Shown here: piece after piece, positions 24,329-37,804 of the stretch
Position numbering within the stretch: the stretch's first letter is position 1
Layout of the letters: every line of letters starts with the position of its first letter
Source: Paecilomyces variotii
Taxonomy: Eukaryota
Assembly: GCA_004022145.1 (NCBI GenBank)
Contig: RCNU01000001.1
DNA length: 64,000 bases
Reading direction: 5' to 3' (one strand)
Position numbers and translations under genes: made by a program
Notes under the pieces: model-generated
The model's database searches: none
Seen by the model: only the letters and a program-made list of their open reading frames with translations
Told to the model about the DNA's origin: nothing

Positions 24329-25639
24329 TCACGCCGTACTCTGTGGCTGCTGTGGCTGCTGTTGCTGTTGTTGAGCCCAGTGACCTGCAATAGCTTCCGG
24401 AGGAATCTTCTCCTGCTTGATGAACAGGTCGATGAGGGGTTGCATCGGCTCCATCTCCTTGTCAGCGACCAGTTTGTAGTATTTGGCGACAGTGACGAAG
24501 TGGACGAAGCTCATATTCAGCATCTCATGGCGGTTGATGTGCCAGAACGGATCGAGCCAGTGTCCATGATACAGGTGCGCGTAGCAGCGAAACATCTGCT
24601 TCATGATACCCTGGCAGTCCTTGTAGAAGGTCTGAGGGAAGCCGCTGGACTTTCCAATCCAGTCGTCTCCACTCGCAGCATCTCCAACGGCAGTGCGAGG
24701 CACACCATTGACCGGGTCCGTAGGGAACATGACGGGGTCATGGATCTTGCTGACAATCCACTTCTCGACACGATTGATAAACTTGGGGGCAGAAATCTTT
24801 GCCGCACGTCCGTCCACCAGCCATGTGTATGTCAATCTAAAGATCCGTCAGTGACATCGTCGACAGCATCTGGATTGAGAGAACGAAACTGACCGGCCAG
24901 CTGACATGGTGGGGCAGGTGTTTTCATTGCAGATTGGAAGCCCAGTCACGGTGTTCACTTCTTGGATCACCTGGAGCATACCGTGGAGTAGACGGTACTG
25001 CTCGACAACTGTTGTGTATTAGCCCCGCCATTCTAGAACCGCTGCGGCTGATATCGACATACTCTGATGAGCCAACCACTCTCCCAACTCGACATTTTTG
25101 GGACAGGCACACAAGGTCAAGAAGTTTCCCTTCACATTCAACGGGGCGTACTTCTCCTGGAAGAAATACTTGGCCGAGTCATTGTTCTCGTTGACGGTCG
25201 CGGCGCTGTCCACCGAGAGGGTCGAGTTGACGGAGGGGGAATGGGACATGACGCCCCCCTGAGCTGGATATGCCACGGGAGCCTGGTTTGGGGCACCGTT
25301 GTTCATCTTGGGCGAGTTGTTTTTGTTGTTACCTCCCCTGCCAAACCCCTGGCGACTAGATAGATGAAGACAAAGATATCAGCAACACAGTTTCAGATGA
25401 AAACCATCAACCCATTCACTGATGGGGAGTGAGCTGGATGCGCAACATGTCTGAGCAGGTGAGACCAGTGTATTTAAAGGCAAGGGAGCCTTTGCAGTGT
25501 TGGGGCGCACATGGTCCTGTCATTCAGAAGCACGGGGTAAAGGGGGGTCGAGGAGCGGAGAGCGATAGGATAGGGTGTCGGGGGGTAAGCCAGCAAAAGT
25601 TGGGGAATGCACTTACACGCTCTGAAAGAAGGTCGCCAT
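24329..25639 (-). CDS. MOB2: Mob1/phocein-family kinase activator Mob2 (NDR/Cbk1 coactivator), multi-exon
   Basis: VKGNFLTLCACPKNVELGEWLAHQ, TYTWL and QMFRCYAHLYHGHW motifs; first exon MATFFQSV followed by GTAAGT. Confidence 0.88.
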
Positions 25640-26164
25640 TGTGAGGGAAAAGAAAGGACAAAGAAAAGAACTGGTCACTGATAGACACAGACAAATGACC
25701 TTAGATGAAACCTCCAACACAGAGCACGACCGCAATCCTGAGACGAGAGAAGGAGAGTGAAAGTGAGCCCAAGACAGTTCTGGCGTGTATCTCCATCCCC
25801 GTTGTGGAGCTTGCAGCGGCGCGACCAACACCAGAACCGACTAACTACTACTGACTACCTGGAACATCAGTATCTCCGGCCGCCTGTTGAGGGATAGTGC
25901 CCGATCGCGAGGAGCTGCTTCGAAATGAAGGCTGGGATGGATGGATGAATGAAGGATAGAGACTCCGACACGCCACTCTGCGGTGAACCTTTTTTTTTAT
26001 AACTTGGGAGGGGCAGACGCATCGACGGAACTCTCTGCTAACTCACCTCCATCACTTCTTACAACCATCTTCCCGACTGCGCTGCGCTGCTTTTCTCCTG
26101 CTTGATTATCTTCCCGAAGCTCTCCAGCGCGTCCAACACATCTACAGAGACTTAGAAGGAGGTC

Positions 26165-27680
26165 ATGTCTTCCTCAGATGAAGAGGTCGTTCGCCGTCCA
26201 GGGCGCAGCACGGATGCCAGTCGTGTCCAGAGCCCGTCTGCCAGCGAACGCAGTGCTAGTCCCAATGGCCGCGCAGAGAGTCCTCTCGGATCGGACAAGC
26301 TCAATGCAGATGACGATGCAGACCTTTTCGGTTCTGACGGAGACTTAGAAGAGTATGGCAACACTATGTATTAAACTATGTATAAAAATATATGCCCCAT
26401 GCTGACAGGCCCAGTGAACGACCCAGACGCACAATCGACGACGAAGAGCTAGACTCGGGGGATGATGAGGGTCGCTACGACAGAGCTGGGGACCGCATGG
26501 ATTATGACGAGGGCGAAGAGGGAGGTTACAGAGAGACACTCAATGTCATGGACCTAAATCTCGGACGTGCGCCCGAACCAGAGTCTTCCAATGGAGAGGT
26601 ATGTCTCAACGGGAAGCCATGGGATAATCAAACTGACATCGTTGGCCCCAGGTGTATACTCTAACCGTCCCGAACTTCCTGTCAATTGAAACGGAAGAAT
26701 TTAACCCAGAAACCTACGTGGCACCCCCGTTCTCGACAGCTTCCACTTCACTGTGTTGGCGATTCGACCCTAACGACCCGTCGAGTCTCCAGTCCAATGC
26801 TCGCATCATCCGGTGGGAGGATGGCTCCTTGACTCTACAGCTCGCTTCCGCACCACAGGAACAATACAGAATATCCTCGAAGCCGCTTGCACCGCTCAAC
26901 AAGGCCGGTGACTACGAGTCAGAGTTCGATGCTCATGCTTACCTGGGAGCCGCTGCTGAGAGGGCGTCCGTCTTCCACTTAACGTCCCATCTTACACACG
27001 GTCTCACGATTTTACCGACTACACACGAAACAGATGATGCTGTGCAACGTCTCCAGGAAGCAATGGCTGCTGCTGCTCGCGCAGGCAGGAAGAACCCTGA
27101 CGGCACGGTCACCGTCATTGACGTGAAAGAGGACCCCGAGCTTGCGAAGAAACAAGCAGAGATGGCTGAGCGGGAGAAGCTCAAAGCTGCTCGCCGGCGA
27201 CAGCAGCTGGCAGACCGCGACCTGGACCGGGGCCGTCGTGTCGGTATGTCATACCGTACCGGTGGAGCTGGTCTCACTGTCGGTGGACTCGAAGACGACG
27301 ACGGCATGATGACAACGAGGCCCCGTGCAAAGAAACCACGCAAGCCCAACCGCCGCGGAGAGATCTACACAGACGAAGAAGAAGAATACGACCGCCGTGG
27401 CCGCACCAGGGAAGACGAGTACGACGAAGACGATGGCTTCCTGGTTGGCAGTGACGAAGAACCCGAAGTTGTTGACGATGACGATGAGGAGGAAGAAGAG
27501 CTGGAAGATGAGGATGCTGAAGGCGAACTAGACGACGATGTGGCTCCCGCAAAGTCTTCACGAAAGGAGAGAGAAGCATCGCCAAAGCGGAAGAGTCCAG
27601 AGCCCGCTGGCGGTGCCGGTTCGCCGCCGGTCAGAAAGAAGCACCGCTACGTTGTCGAGTCGGACGAAGACGAAGAATAA
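26165..27680 (+). CDS. LEO1: Paf1 complex subunit Leo1, 3 exons
   Basis: DLFGSD acidic N-terminus, VPNFLSIETEEF and LQSNARIIRWEDGSLTLQLAS Leo1 domain, acidic tail. Confidence 0.88.
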
Positions 27681-28121
27681 AGATAGCTTCTCGTCTACTG
27701 GAGATTCTATCTATTGGTTGCACTCTCGAGCACTTCTCATGTACCATTCTCTCATCCGAACCATTTCACGGCCTTGTTCTTTTAAGGGCTTGATGCCCCT
27801 CATGTCATTTCATTTCATGCATGTACCACCATATGAAGTTGAGAGACGGAGCAAAACAAATAAAATAGAAAATGAAACTTTTAATTAAATCATGTCCTTA
27901 TTCTTGGCTTGTTTTTCCTATTTACGACCCCCACGGTAGGCTGAGTCACATATAATATACCCTGCATGAGAAAAGAAGGTAAGTAGACGAACACACCCAT
28001 GTTCCCAACAATATACCAGATATAATAAAATGTTCCTTATGTCCATCCTGAAAGAACTCCGGTTGGAGAATGAAAATGAAAAAGATTTGCTCAAAAACGC
28101 ACAATGAGGGGCAATCATCAT

Positions 28122-29504
28122 TCATGCAACAACACCATCAGGATAGTCATGCGGTTGGAACCCGAATTTAGAAATAACTTCTCTGGCGCGACCGACGATT
28201 TGAAGGCAGAGGAGGTTTCTCTCATCTATGTCGCCGTTCGGCTTTAGTGGGCTACAGCCGTTCTGTTCGGTCGATGCCCACCCTTCGGATTGCTGATTCG
28301 AATACCCTCGAATCTCAGAGGGTGATGTACCTTCCGCGTGCCACCTTCTCTGACGTGTTTCCATCTCTTTGATGAGGGAAAGCACATCAGGTGTATCTTT
28401 GGCTTTTATTGAAGCTGCAGGTTCAATTGGCCCGCCGATGACAGCGTGGCGAATGGTCTGCATAAGCCATTCCCTCCACCTCGAGGCCTCATTCCGAGGA
28501 TCCCTTGATACGGTAGAAACGTATCCAGCAGGCGCTGACTGTTTTCCTAATTCAACTGGATCTGCCTCAGACACCCGCAGCCACGAATCTGCGAGTATAT
28601 TAAGTAGAGTGCCCAAGAGCATCACATTTTGCACACCAGTGGAGTATTGCTGTGGGCAGATCTCGCAGCGGATCACCTCTCTTGCCGTGCGAGCAGCTGT
28701 ATAAAGAGACAGGATGGTTTGATTGGTGGTTGGAAATGAGGTCAGGGTCGACAGATTGCTGAGACAGAGGTATAGATAGGAGAGACAGGTGCATCGCGGG
28801 ATGCCTTGCGGAAGAGAGAAATTGGATGTCATCCCTGAGTCGAACTGCTTGTCCGCCGAATCAGAGTTTCTAGGAAGCATCAACGAGGATGCTGACGCTG
28901 CCGCCGCATAATCGGGCCAAGGACTGTCGGAGGCTATAACAGGTTCCAACATGGTCGATCCATCTTGCTGAAAGAGCCCGCCCTGATCCCCACTCAATGA
29001 ATTGTAAGGAGCCTGTGAACCTCTCGATATCACAGCGCGAAATACCGGCGCACATAGGTGAAATGCCTCGGTCGAAGACTTAGTATCAGCCCTGGAAGTT
29101 CGAGAGTCTAACGGGTTGCTCTCCAAGTCCCCCAGTCCGCCGGAATCTGAGACATCCATGGAGTTTCCATCATCTTCCAGACGTGACTTCTTCTTCGGAG
29201 GTCGTCCCATTTGCTTCTGTATCGAGTAGTGGCAGAAGAGCGCCTGTTTTACGCATCGCGAGCAGCCAGTGAGCTCTCCAGAGCATCTCAGCTTACGCTT
29301 TCCTGTCCGAAATTGAATAGTTCAGTTTCCGGAGTTGGAAGCAAGGCTGTTAGGACGCCATGGCATTTTACACTTACGACATTCATCACACGCGGCATGC
29401 CTTTTTGGAGCAGGCTCCGAGCCCGCGAAACTGCTGTCGTTAAAAGACAGAGGCAGGTCTGATAGTGGATATAATAGAGCGGGGGCGTCAGAAATGCCCG
29501 CCAT
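28122..29504 (-). CDS. Zn(II)2Cys6 transcription factor; exons 29504-29378, 29302-28122
   Basis: Splicing gives HAACDECR-KRKLRCSGELTGCSRCVKQALFCHYS..MGRPPKKK. Confidence 0.85.
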
Positions 29505-29853
29505 AATGCCGGGGATATCTGAAGATATTCTATGTCCGTTTTATTTATAAATGCAAGCAAGCGGCTGCTCTAGCAGACTGGATAGAGGCAGTCAGAGAAA
29601 ATCTGTGAGAAAGGGCGTGAAAGGTCCCATAGCAACACGGCTCTTAAAATAAAAAATAAAAAAGGGTCGTTGCTCTCTTGACCTCATAGAGAGAGAGAGA
29701 GAGCAAAGACAGAAGGCGGTGAGTCATGTGGGCGGTCAGGAAAAGCAATGCTCCGACGCCGGGAAATCTTGGCCCACCCAAGAAAAAAAGTATCGGAGCA
29801 GAAGAAAGAGAGAGACGATCAATCAATCCTTCGACCACCAGCCACCGGCAAGG

Positions 29854-32238
29854 ATGAGTAGCTTCAAGGCCTCGAAGAAGCGCAAGGCGGTCACCCGCGA
29901 CGTCGAGGAAGAAGCCGAGGCCGTCTCCGGAGACGAGCTCAATGCTGGTGACCTTGACGGAGTCCTTTCCGACAATGCGCAGGATCTGTCTGAGGAAGAA
30001 GACGAAAGTGATTCCGAAATTGAAATAAACGATGAATTCAGCGAAGATGAAGAGGACGAAGAGGAAGAACTCGACAGTGATGAGATCCCGTCAGACGAGG
30101 AAGACAACAAGGGAGCACTTGTCCAATCTCGTGGAAAATCCAGAGTAAATGTCAACAGCGCAAAGAAAGAGGAGCAAGATGACGAGTCGAGCGAAGACGA
30201 AAAGCCCAATTACCGCATAGAAAAAGATGCCAACGGGAACCCCCGTTATGTCTACGACGAGATCAACCCTGACGATAACTCGGAATACTCTGATGTCGAC
30301 GAAAATGCAAACACCATCGGCGATATTCCTCTGTCGTTTTACGACCAATATCCCCACATTGGATACAATATTAACGGGAAGAAGATCATGCGACCTGCGA
30401 AGGGTGAAGCTCTGGATGCACTGCTTGATAGCATCGAGATTCCTAAGGGCTGGACCGGTCTGACCGACCCGTCTACTGGAAAGCCGCTAGAGCTGAGCCA
30501 GGATGAGCTTGAACTTCTGCGCAAGGTACACATGAACGAAATCCCAGAGGAGGGCTACAATCCGTACGAACCCATGGTTGAGTGGTTCACCAGCAAGGAG
30601 GAGATCATGCCCCTGAGCGCCGCCCCAGAGCCAAAGAGACGCTTCTTGCCTTCGAAGCACGAAGCCAAGCGGGTCATGAAAATTGTCAAGGCTATCAGAG
30701 AAGGCCGCATCCTGCCGTACAAGCCTCCAGCTGAGGAAGACGAGACCGAAGAAGATGTCATTAAGTACGATATCTGGGCTGATGAGGCTGAACGCCCTGA
30801 TCATCCTATGCACATGCCCGCACCTAAGCTTCCTCCGCCTGGTTACGAGGAGAGTTATCACCCCCCGCCAGAGTATCTACCCGACAAGAAAGAAAGGAAA
30901 GCGTGGGAAGAGGCCGATCCTGAAGACCGCGAGCGTGAATTCCTGCCCACTAATTACGACTCTCTGCGCAAAGTTCCCGGCTACGAAAGCTTTGTCAAGG
31001 AGAAATTCGAGCGTTGTCTCGACCTCTACCTTGCACCCAGGGTTAGGAGAAGCAAGCTCAATATTGATCCTGAGAGTCTGTTGCCAAAACTCCCTAGCCC
31101 TGAAGAGCTCAAGCCATTCCCGACCACATGCGCAACTATCTTCAGAGGTCACAAGGGCCGTGTCAGGAGTCTTGCCGTTGATCCCTCTGGGCTCTGGTTG
31201 GCAACTGGTGGAGATGACGGTACTGCTCGTGTCTGGGAACTTCTTACCGGTCGTCAGCTATGGAGTGTGAAGCTCAGTGATGAAGACCCCGTCAATGTTG
31301 TTCGCTGGAGACCCGGCAAAGACGCCGTGATTCTCGCAGCCGCAGCCGGAGACGACCTCTTCCTTGCTGTGCCCCCAATCCTGGATCCGGAACTTGAGAA
31401 GACTAGCATCGATCTCCTTGATGCTGGCTGGGGTTACGCTGCCAGTGCTCCTGCTCCCAAGCCCGCAGAGGCAAACAAGAAGAGCACACCTCCCCAGTGG
31501 ATCCGCCCGTCAGCAGCTCTTGCTGAGGCCGGTGTTATGGTGGTGATTCCTCTGAGATATGTCGCCAAGTCTATCTCCTGGCATCGCAGAGGTGACTACT
31601 TTGTCACCGTTTGCCCTGGATCCTCCACCCCAGCATCCGTCGCCATTGCCATTCACACGGTTTCGAAGCATCTCACGCAATTCCCCTTCCGCCGGCGCCT
31701 CAAGGGTGGTGGTCCCCCTCAGACGGCGCATTTCCACCCTTCGAAACCTATCCTGTTCGTCGCCAACCAACGCAGTATCCGTGCGTACGATCTCTCCCGC
31801 CAGCTTCTGGTCAAGATTCTACAACCAGGTGCTCGATGGATTTCATCATTCGACGTTCACCCGACCTCCTCCTCGGCTTCTGGTGGTGACAACATCATTG
31901 TCGGATCCTACGACCGCCGTCTCCTGTGGCACGATCTCGACCTGTCTGCCCGTCCATACAAGACATTGCGATACCACAAGAAGGCCATTCGTGCCGTCAA
32001 GTTCCACCCCAGCGGCCGCTACCCTCTGTTCGCTGATGCAAGTGACGACGGCTCCCTACAGATCTTCCACGGCAGCGTTACCGGCGATATGCTTAGCAAC
32101 GCAAACATCGTACCTCTCAAGGTTCTCAAAGGCCACAAGATCACGGGCGAACTCGGTGTGTTGGATGTCGACTGGCACCCGAGCCAAGCCTGGTGTGTCA
32201 GTGCCGGAGCGGATGGCACTTGCAGACTCTGGATGTGA
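29854..32238 (+). CDS. ERB1: Ribosome biogenesis protein Erb1/BOP1 (BOP1NT + WD40)
   Basis: Acidic N-terminus, [51 protein letters not shown] and WD40 repeats ending ADGTCRLWM. Confidence 0.95.
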   Translation: MSSFKASKKRKAVTRDVEEEAEAVSGDELNAGDLDGVLSDNAQDLSEEEDESDSEIEINDEFSEDEEDEEEELDSDEIPSDEEDNKGALVQSRGKSRVNVNSAKKEEQDDESSEDEKPNYRIEKDANGNPRYVYDEINPDDNSEYSDVDENANTIGDIPLSFYDQYPHIGYNINGKKIMRPAKGEALDALLDSIEIPKGWTGLTDPSTGKPLELSQDELELLRKVHMNEIPEEGYNPYEPMVEWFTSKEEIMPLSAAPEPKRRFLPSKHEAKRVMKIVKAIREGRILPYKPPAEEDETEEDVIKYDIWADEAERPDHPMHMPAPKLPPPGYEESYHPPPEYLPDKKERKAWEEADPEDREREFLPTNYDSLRKVPGYESFVKEKFERCLDLYLAPRVRRSKLNIDPESLLPKLPSPEELKPFPTTCATIFRGHKGRVRSLAVDPSGLWLATGGDDGTARVWELLTGRQLWSVKLSDEDPVNVVRWRPGKDAVILAAAAGDDLFLAVPPILDPELEKTSIDLLDAGWGYAASAPAPKPAEANKKSTPPQWIRPSAALAEAGVMVVIPLRYVAKSISWHRRGDYFVTVCPGSSTPASVAIAIHTVSKHLTQFPFRRRLKGGGPPQTAHFHPSKPILFVANQRSIRAYDLSRQLLVKILQPGARWISSFDVHPTSSSASGGDNIIVGSYDRRLLWHDLDLSARPYKTLRYHKKAIRAVKFHPSGRYPLFADASDDGSLQIFHGSVTGDMLSNANIVPLKVLKGHKITGELGVLDVDWHPSQAWCVSAGADGTCRLWM

Positions 32239-32615
32239 TAGAATAATGCTTACGCTAAATATCTTGTTGCTGTATTTCTTTTGGGCATCATCGCATGCAA
32301 AAGGCGTTTATTCAAATGTGCATATTGAAATCTTCTATAGGCTATGGAAAAATATACCTTTCTTTTTTTGTTCTGTAATCTCTCTCCGTCTCTTCCTGAG
32401 GCTAAGCCATACTTTATGCCTTTCCATTCGTAAATAATATAGCGCAGCAAATGGCTTCTTGAATACACCACAAATCCTTACAGAAGGAAAGCAAGCGAAA
32501 CTTTTGAAAAATATATGCATTCAAAGAGTCTTAAGATATATATATATATGTAAGACTCGATAATCATCTCGCTTGATCGGGAAAAGGAACAAAATCATGA
32601 TGTGATGTTAAATAT

Positions 32616-34988
32616 CTACACGACACCACCACTCCAATCTCTCTTCAACTTCTCGTACTTCTTCATATCAGTCACACTGGGTCTAATAAACGACTTTGCG
32701 GCAACGAAATCCTCGAATTTGATCGTATCCCGCCTCTTAATAGCCGAGTAACCGGCTCTGCGGAGCAGACTGCCCAGATCTGCACCACTGTAACCTTCGC
32801 ATTCTTCTGCGAGTCTGCGTAGCTCATCAGAGAATTCAATCGGGAGGTTGCGGACCAAAGTCTGCAGGATCTCGACGCGTTCCTCGGGACCGGGTAGGTT
32901 GACAAAGAGAAGAGTTTCCAGACGGCCGGGACGCAGCATAGCTGGGTCGATGATGTCTGGACGGTTGGTGGCGGCAATAACATAGATTCCTTGGCGGTTG
33001 CTGCCCAGACCGTCAAGCTCAGTGAGCAGGGTATTGACGACTCGGGCGGAGGCTTCGGATAAAGTGTCGTCTCGACGAGGGACTAATGCGTCCAGCTCGT
33101 CGAAGAAGATGACGCAAGGTATTGATGAGCGAGCGCGGAGGAAGACTTGTCGGACAGCACGTTCTGATTCACCGACGTACTTGTTGAGAAGTTCGGGTCC
33201 TTTGACGCTGATGAAGTTCGCGCGAGACTCATTGGCAACTGCCTTAGCAAGCAGTGTCTTACCGCAACCAGGAGGACCCCAGAGAAGGACACCGGTAGGT
33301 GCCGTGATACCAACTTGGGCGTATATGTCGGGGTTCTTGATGGGCTCAACAATAGCCGTTGCCAGCTCGTCGCGGATACCTCCCAGAGCACCAATGTCTG
33401 CCCACGTGGTGTCTGGAATAGTGGCGAAACCTTCACGTTTAGATGACGGCTGGATCTTCGGAAGAGCCGTGAAGAAGTCAGCGTTAGAGACGAGAACAGT
33501 CTGGGTCTCGTCTCCTATCGGTGTCTCTTTAGCGTGCTTGATGAGACGTCGTAGTTCCTTGACCTTAGGGCTCACTTCGTCCACCACTTCTTCGATCTCC
33601 ATTTCTTCGCCGGTATTGGCTCTCAGGATCTCAAGATACCGTTTGATAGCGGCAGAGCCGGCCGTGGAGACCAAGTCGTTTAAGTCGGCACCCACGAAAC
33701 CCGGGGTTCTCTTAGCGAGAGTTTTGAAATCAAGGTCGTCTGCGAGTTGCATCTTTCGAGTCAATGCACGAAGAATCTGTTCTCTCACAGGTTCCGATGG
33801 CACACTGAGATTGATTTCCTTGTCGAATCTGCCTCCCCGTCTCAGGGCAGGATCCAAACTATCTGGGCGATTGGTGGCAGCCAGCACAATAACAGGTTTG
33901 CCGTCAGTCTTATCAAGCGCCAAATCATCCATACACGTCAGAAGCTGAGCGACTATTCGCTTCTCCATCTCCCTCTGTGCACTCTCTCTCTTCGGTGTTA
34001 TAGCATCGATCTCGTCAATAAAAATAAGACAAGGAGCCATCTTCTTCGCTTCCTCGAAATGCTCGCGCAGAGCCTTCTCTGACTCTCCAGACATTCCAGA
34101 CACAATTGACGGCGCAGACACGGCAATAAAGGGAACGCCCAAATCAGCAGCAAAAGCATTTGCGATCATAGTCTTACCGCAACCAGGCGGTCCATGCAGT
34201 AGAACACCTCGCGGAGGCTGAACATTCGAAGACATGTAGACCTGAGGACGAGTCATCGGCAGAATAAGCAAGTCGGCCAGCTCTTGCATCACATCATCCA
34301 TTCCACCCAAATCTGCCAGGCTCACATGAGTCGGCGGCGATCGATCAATAGCTTCGGCCTTGCGCCGTTTCGGAGCAGACTCGCCCGCATGCTGTCGTCT
34401 TTTGTTTGGGACCGTTGTTGATGCAGGAGCCTGCTCCGTGCCCATAGATTCGGCCGACTTTTGCGATTTCGAGGCCGTAGACCACATGCCCACGATGCTT
34501 CGGTTCATGCCATTGGAATCCTTCGTCTCGTCAGTGATGGAGCCACAAACGGCCAAGAGCACCTCGTAAAGAAACGCAGTCATATCACACTGCCTGCCGT
34601 GAGACATACTTGAATAGCTGGCGCAGACTTGTCATCCAGGCCCTCGAAATCCCCATCTACAGAGTCCGATTCATCACCGATAATATCGGTCTTTATCACC
34701 TCCAAGACCCTCTCTATACTATCTTCAAGAAGCTTCTTCGGTTTTCGGTTCAAACTAGAGTTGGACCGCTTGATAGTTTCATAAATAACTGCTGCAGAGA
34801 CACGCAGACGGCCTCCTTCGGGCTGCTGCTCGTCGACGATCTTGCGCACAATTTGGTAGATCTGCGGAGAGCGCAATGAGAGTCAGCAAAGGTTTCTTTG
34901 TGCAATGCGCATGAAAATATGGCGCGTTACTCACCTCACGATCGAGACCTTGACCCAAGGTATTTCGACCTCGATTCCTCGGAGGCAT
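32616..34988 (-). CDS. RIX7: AAA+ ATPase Rix7/NVL (pre-60S remodelling), 3 exons
   Basis: Two AAA modules (GPPGCGKT twice), KRESAQREMEKRIVAQLLTCMDDL and IQPSSKREGFATIPDTTWADIG. Confidence 0.93.
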
Positions 34989-35376
34989 CTTTGAGCGCGC
35001 TGACCAGAGATTGCCTGGGAATAGAATAGATCTCTCGGTCATTGATCCCAATATTTTTGGACGGTCGGGGAAACAATGTTCCGAGGATTCCAGAACGGGA
35101 ATCCGACAGGCTGGATGCGATCGATGATGGTTACTGCCGATCTCGATCGCTACACGTCCAGAAACTGTCTAGCGAACGTAGAATCGAGAAGTTTCAGGTG
35201 CTTAGATTTGCTAGTTACCCGTAGAAAGGTAAATGCAGTCTTACAAGATTTCGGTTGTGGATGAAACTCGTACCGTATCTTACAAGATCTGTAACGGAAC
35301 TACTCGATAACGGACGTCATTCCTGGCCCAGGCACGAGCTCATCTGCGCGATCAACCATAACAATATGCTCCGACA

Positions 35377-36220
35377 ATGGGAAACACGAACAGCTCGCAC
35401 AAGATCTCCGCTCAAGATAGGTAAGTAGATGTAATGATTGTCCCATCAGCGATTTACACTATGACCCTCAAAACAACCTCATAACTTCCTCGAATTAGAC
35501 ATATCCACATGTCCTCCCCCGCATCCGACTCCCGTACTGGAATCCGCTAATGACGCATACGCTTCCTCGAAATAGGGCTATTCTCGACTTGAAAAACCAG
35601 CGCGACAAGCTGCATCAATATCAGCGGCGTATAACTGTCCTCACTGACCGAGAGACAGCTATCGCGAAGGAATGTCTTGCACGTGATGACCGCCGACGTG
35701 CGCTTCTGGCTCTTCGACGCAAGAAGTACCAGGAGTCGCTACTCGCGAAGACAGATGCGCAGTTAGCGCAGTTGGAGGAGCTTACGAATAGTGTCGAATT
35801 CGCTCTTGTGCAGAAGGATGTTCTGTTCGGACTGCAGCAGGGCACGAGTGTCTTGCAGGCTATTCACAAGGAAATGGGCGGTCTGGAAGCCGTAGAGAAA
35901 CTGATGGGAGAGACTGAGGAGGCAAGGGCTTACCAGGAGGTTCGTCTCGCAACGGAAGGCCACTTTCTTTGCAGGATACTGATGCGATCGCTTTGAAACA
36001 GGAGATTAGCCAGATGCTCGCTGGACAAATGTCGAACCAAGACGAAGACGAAGTCGAGGACGAACTGGAGGCGCTACAGCGGGAAGTGGAAGGGGTTTCC
36101 TTGCCAAATGCTCCTACGTCTACTCTCCCAGAAGGATCAGAGAAAGAAAAGGAAGAAAAGGCGAAAGCGAGGGCGAGGGCGAGGGCGAAAGAAAGAGCCG
36201 CCGTGCCATTGGCTGCTTGA
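35377..36220 (+). CDS. VPS20: ESCRT-III subunit Vps20 (Snf7 family), 3 exons
   Basis: MGNTNSSHKISAQDR/AILDLKNQRDKLHQYQRR with a myristoylatable Gly2; coiled-coil Snf7 pattern. Confidence 0.92.
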
Positions 36221-36584
36221 TTCCACATATATCAACGACCGAACATTGTTCTTTTTCTGGGTTTCAGTCATGCAAGCCGCATAGCTGGCGCTGGAGGTCC
36301 GTCTGGGTTTGATATTCCCCCATTAAATTGGTTATATACATATACAGCTGGCGCGCTTTTTGTCTATGGTCAGTGTTTTTCCCCCGTTGGTCGTTTGGTT
36401 CAGGAAGACTAGTTTTACAGCTGTTAATACCAGGGTATTACCGCTTAGACAATTTCATTATATCATCAGAGTATAGTAATATGTACTCCATAATAATTTT
36501 CTGACTTCGTCCTACCTTTCTGCGCGTATCTTCGCATGGAGGTCCCGCATGTCGCTGCCAAATCATAGCCTCATCGCTCAGCAT

Positions 36585-37460
36585 TTACTGTCCCGGCATT
36601 ATCCTTCCACCTACGCCCTCCACACCCTGGATGGCAACATGGTCACTAGGGTTTGCAGCAGCCTCGTAAAGGAAGCTGACTGGTTCCCTACTCAGCGCCA
36701 TAAATTGTCCTTTGAAGCCAACGTATCCCACCTTAGTTACCTCTTCCTCCCCGTCACTCCAGTTATCCTCGAAGAATAAGGTGATGGAAGTCGTCGCATT
36801 CCAGTGTGCGCGATTCAGCGGTAACTCGAAGACATCTGCACCAGGCACTGGCTGTGGGACTTCGACAGTCTGCGTTGGGGTGAGATCTGATGCTGTGCTG
36901 AAATCGAGGTCGTTGCGATTCTTGAAGAGCTTGAGCGTCTTGGGCGCGGAGGGAGTCGGTGCCGTGTATAGGAGGATGGAATGTAGCTTTACTTGTCCGG
37001 CGAAACTGTTTTGCTCAGGTGGAGCGTGGTCAGTTTAATTTTCTCATGAGAATATAGACGAAGCCTCGCCTCTGCTGTTGGAAGAGGATGTACTGAGGGG
37101 TGACGGCGGGGTAAGATTCTGGGACCTCAAAAGCACAGCGGAAGACAGCACGCACGGGATATACATGAGCAACTGCTCATCAGCATCGCTCTCAAGCTCC
37201 GGGTTATCATTAAGTCTTTCAGTCCAGGTTTTCTGCACAATAGCAGCACCGGATTTCGGCGTCGCCTCTGCGTTCTGTCAACGACGCACGTCCGTAAAGT
37301 CTGAGCCGGCTGGCATACCGTTTAGGGTGACTATGGAGTCAAACTGGATCTGGGAGTAAAGCAGGGACTGGACGGCGGGGGTGATGTCGTCTGAGTGGTC
37401 GTGGCCATCTTCTCCATGGCAATGGCCCCCATGGTGATGATGATGATGATGCCCTGACAT
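36585..37460 (-). CDS. PITH-domain (DUF1000/PITHD1-like) protein, 3 exons
   Basis: LYSQIQFDSIVTLN, LESDADEQLLMYIP and ANPSDH motifs; His-rich N-terminus. Confidence 0.85.
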
Positions 37461-37804
37461 CCTGGTGGTGTTTTGTGATGTTGCGAGTTGACAGGACTAC
37501 TACGCAGGTCTAAAACGGATCTTTTTCACTTCGAACATACAAACACATCTCCCTCAGCTTGGTAGAGCAGCACCCATGATGGATGTATATCATTATCATA
37601 GCATCGAGGATTATCCTAGAGGGCAGATAGTGCTATAGAGATCGGCCATGTTCAATGAGGGCCGAGGCAGAGAATCCCTGCGTAAACGATTATGACATCA
37701 CAGCTAGACTACTAACTATTTGAGCTGAAAAGTGAAGGCATTAGATCTAGACCAAATCCTACACAATCTGATGATACCACGCCCCGCACATAAGAACTGC
37801 CCGG

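Noticed and set aside
37395-37460. Natural poly-His N-terminus (MSGHHHHHHHGGHCH) as a synthetic tag or novel metal-binding peptide
   Set aside because: His/Cys-rich N-termini are an ordinary feature of PITHD1-family proteins.
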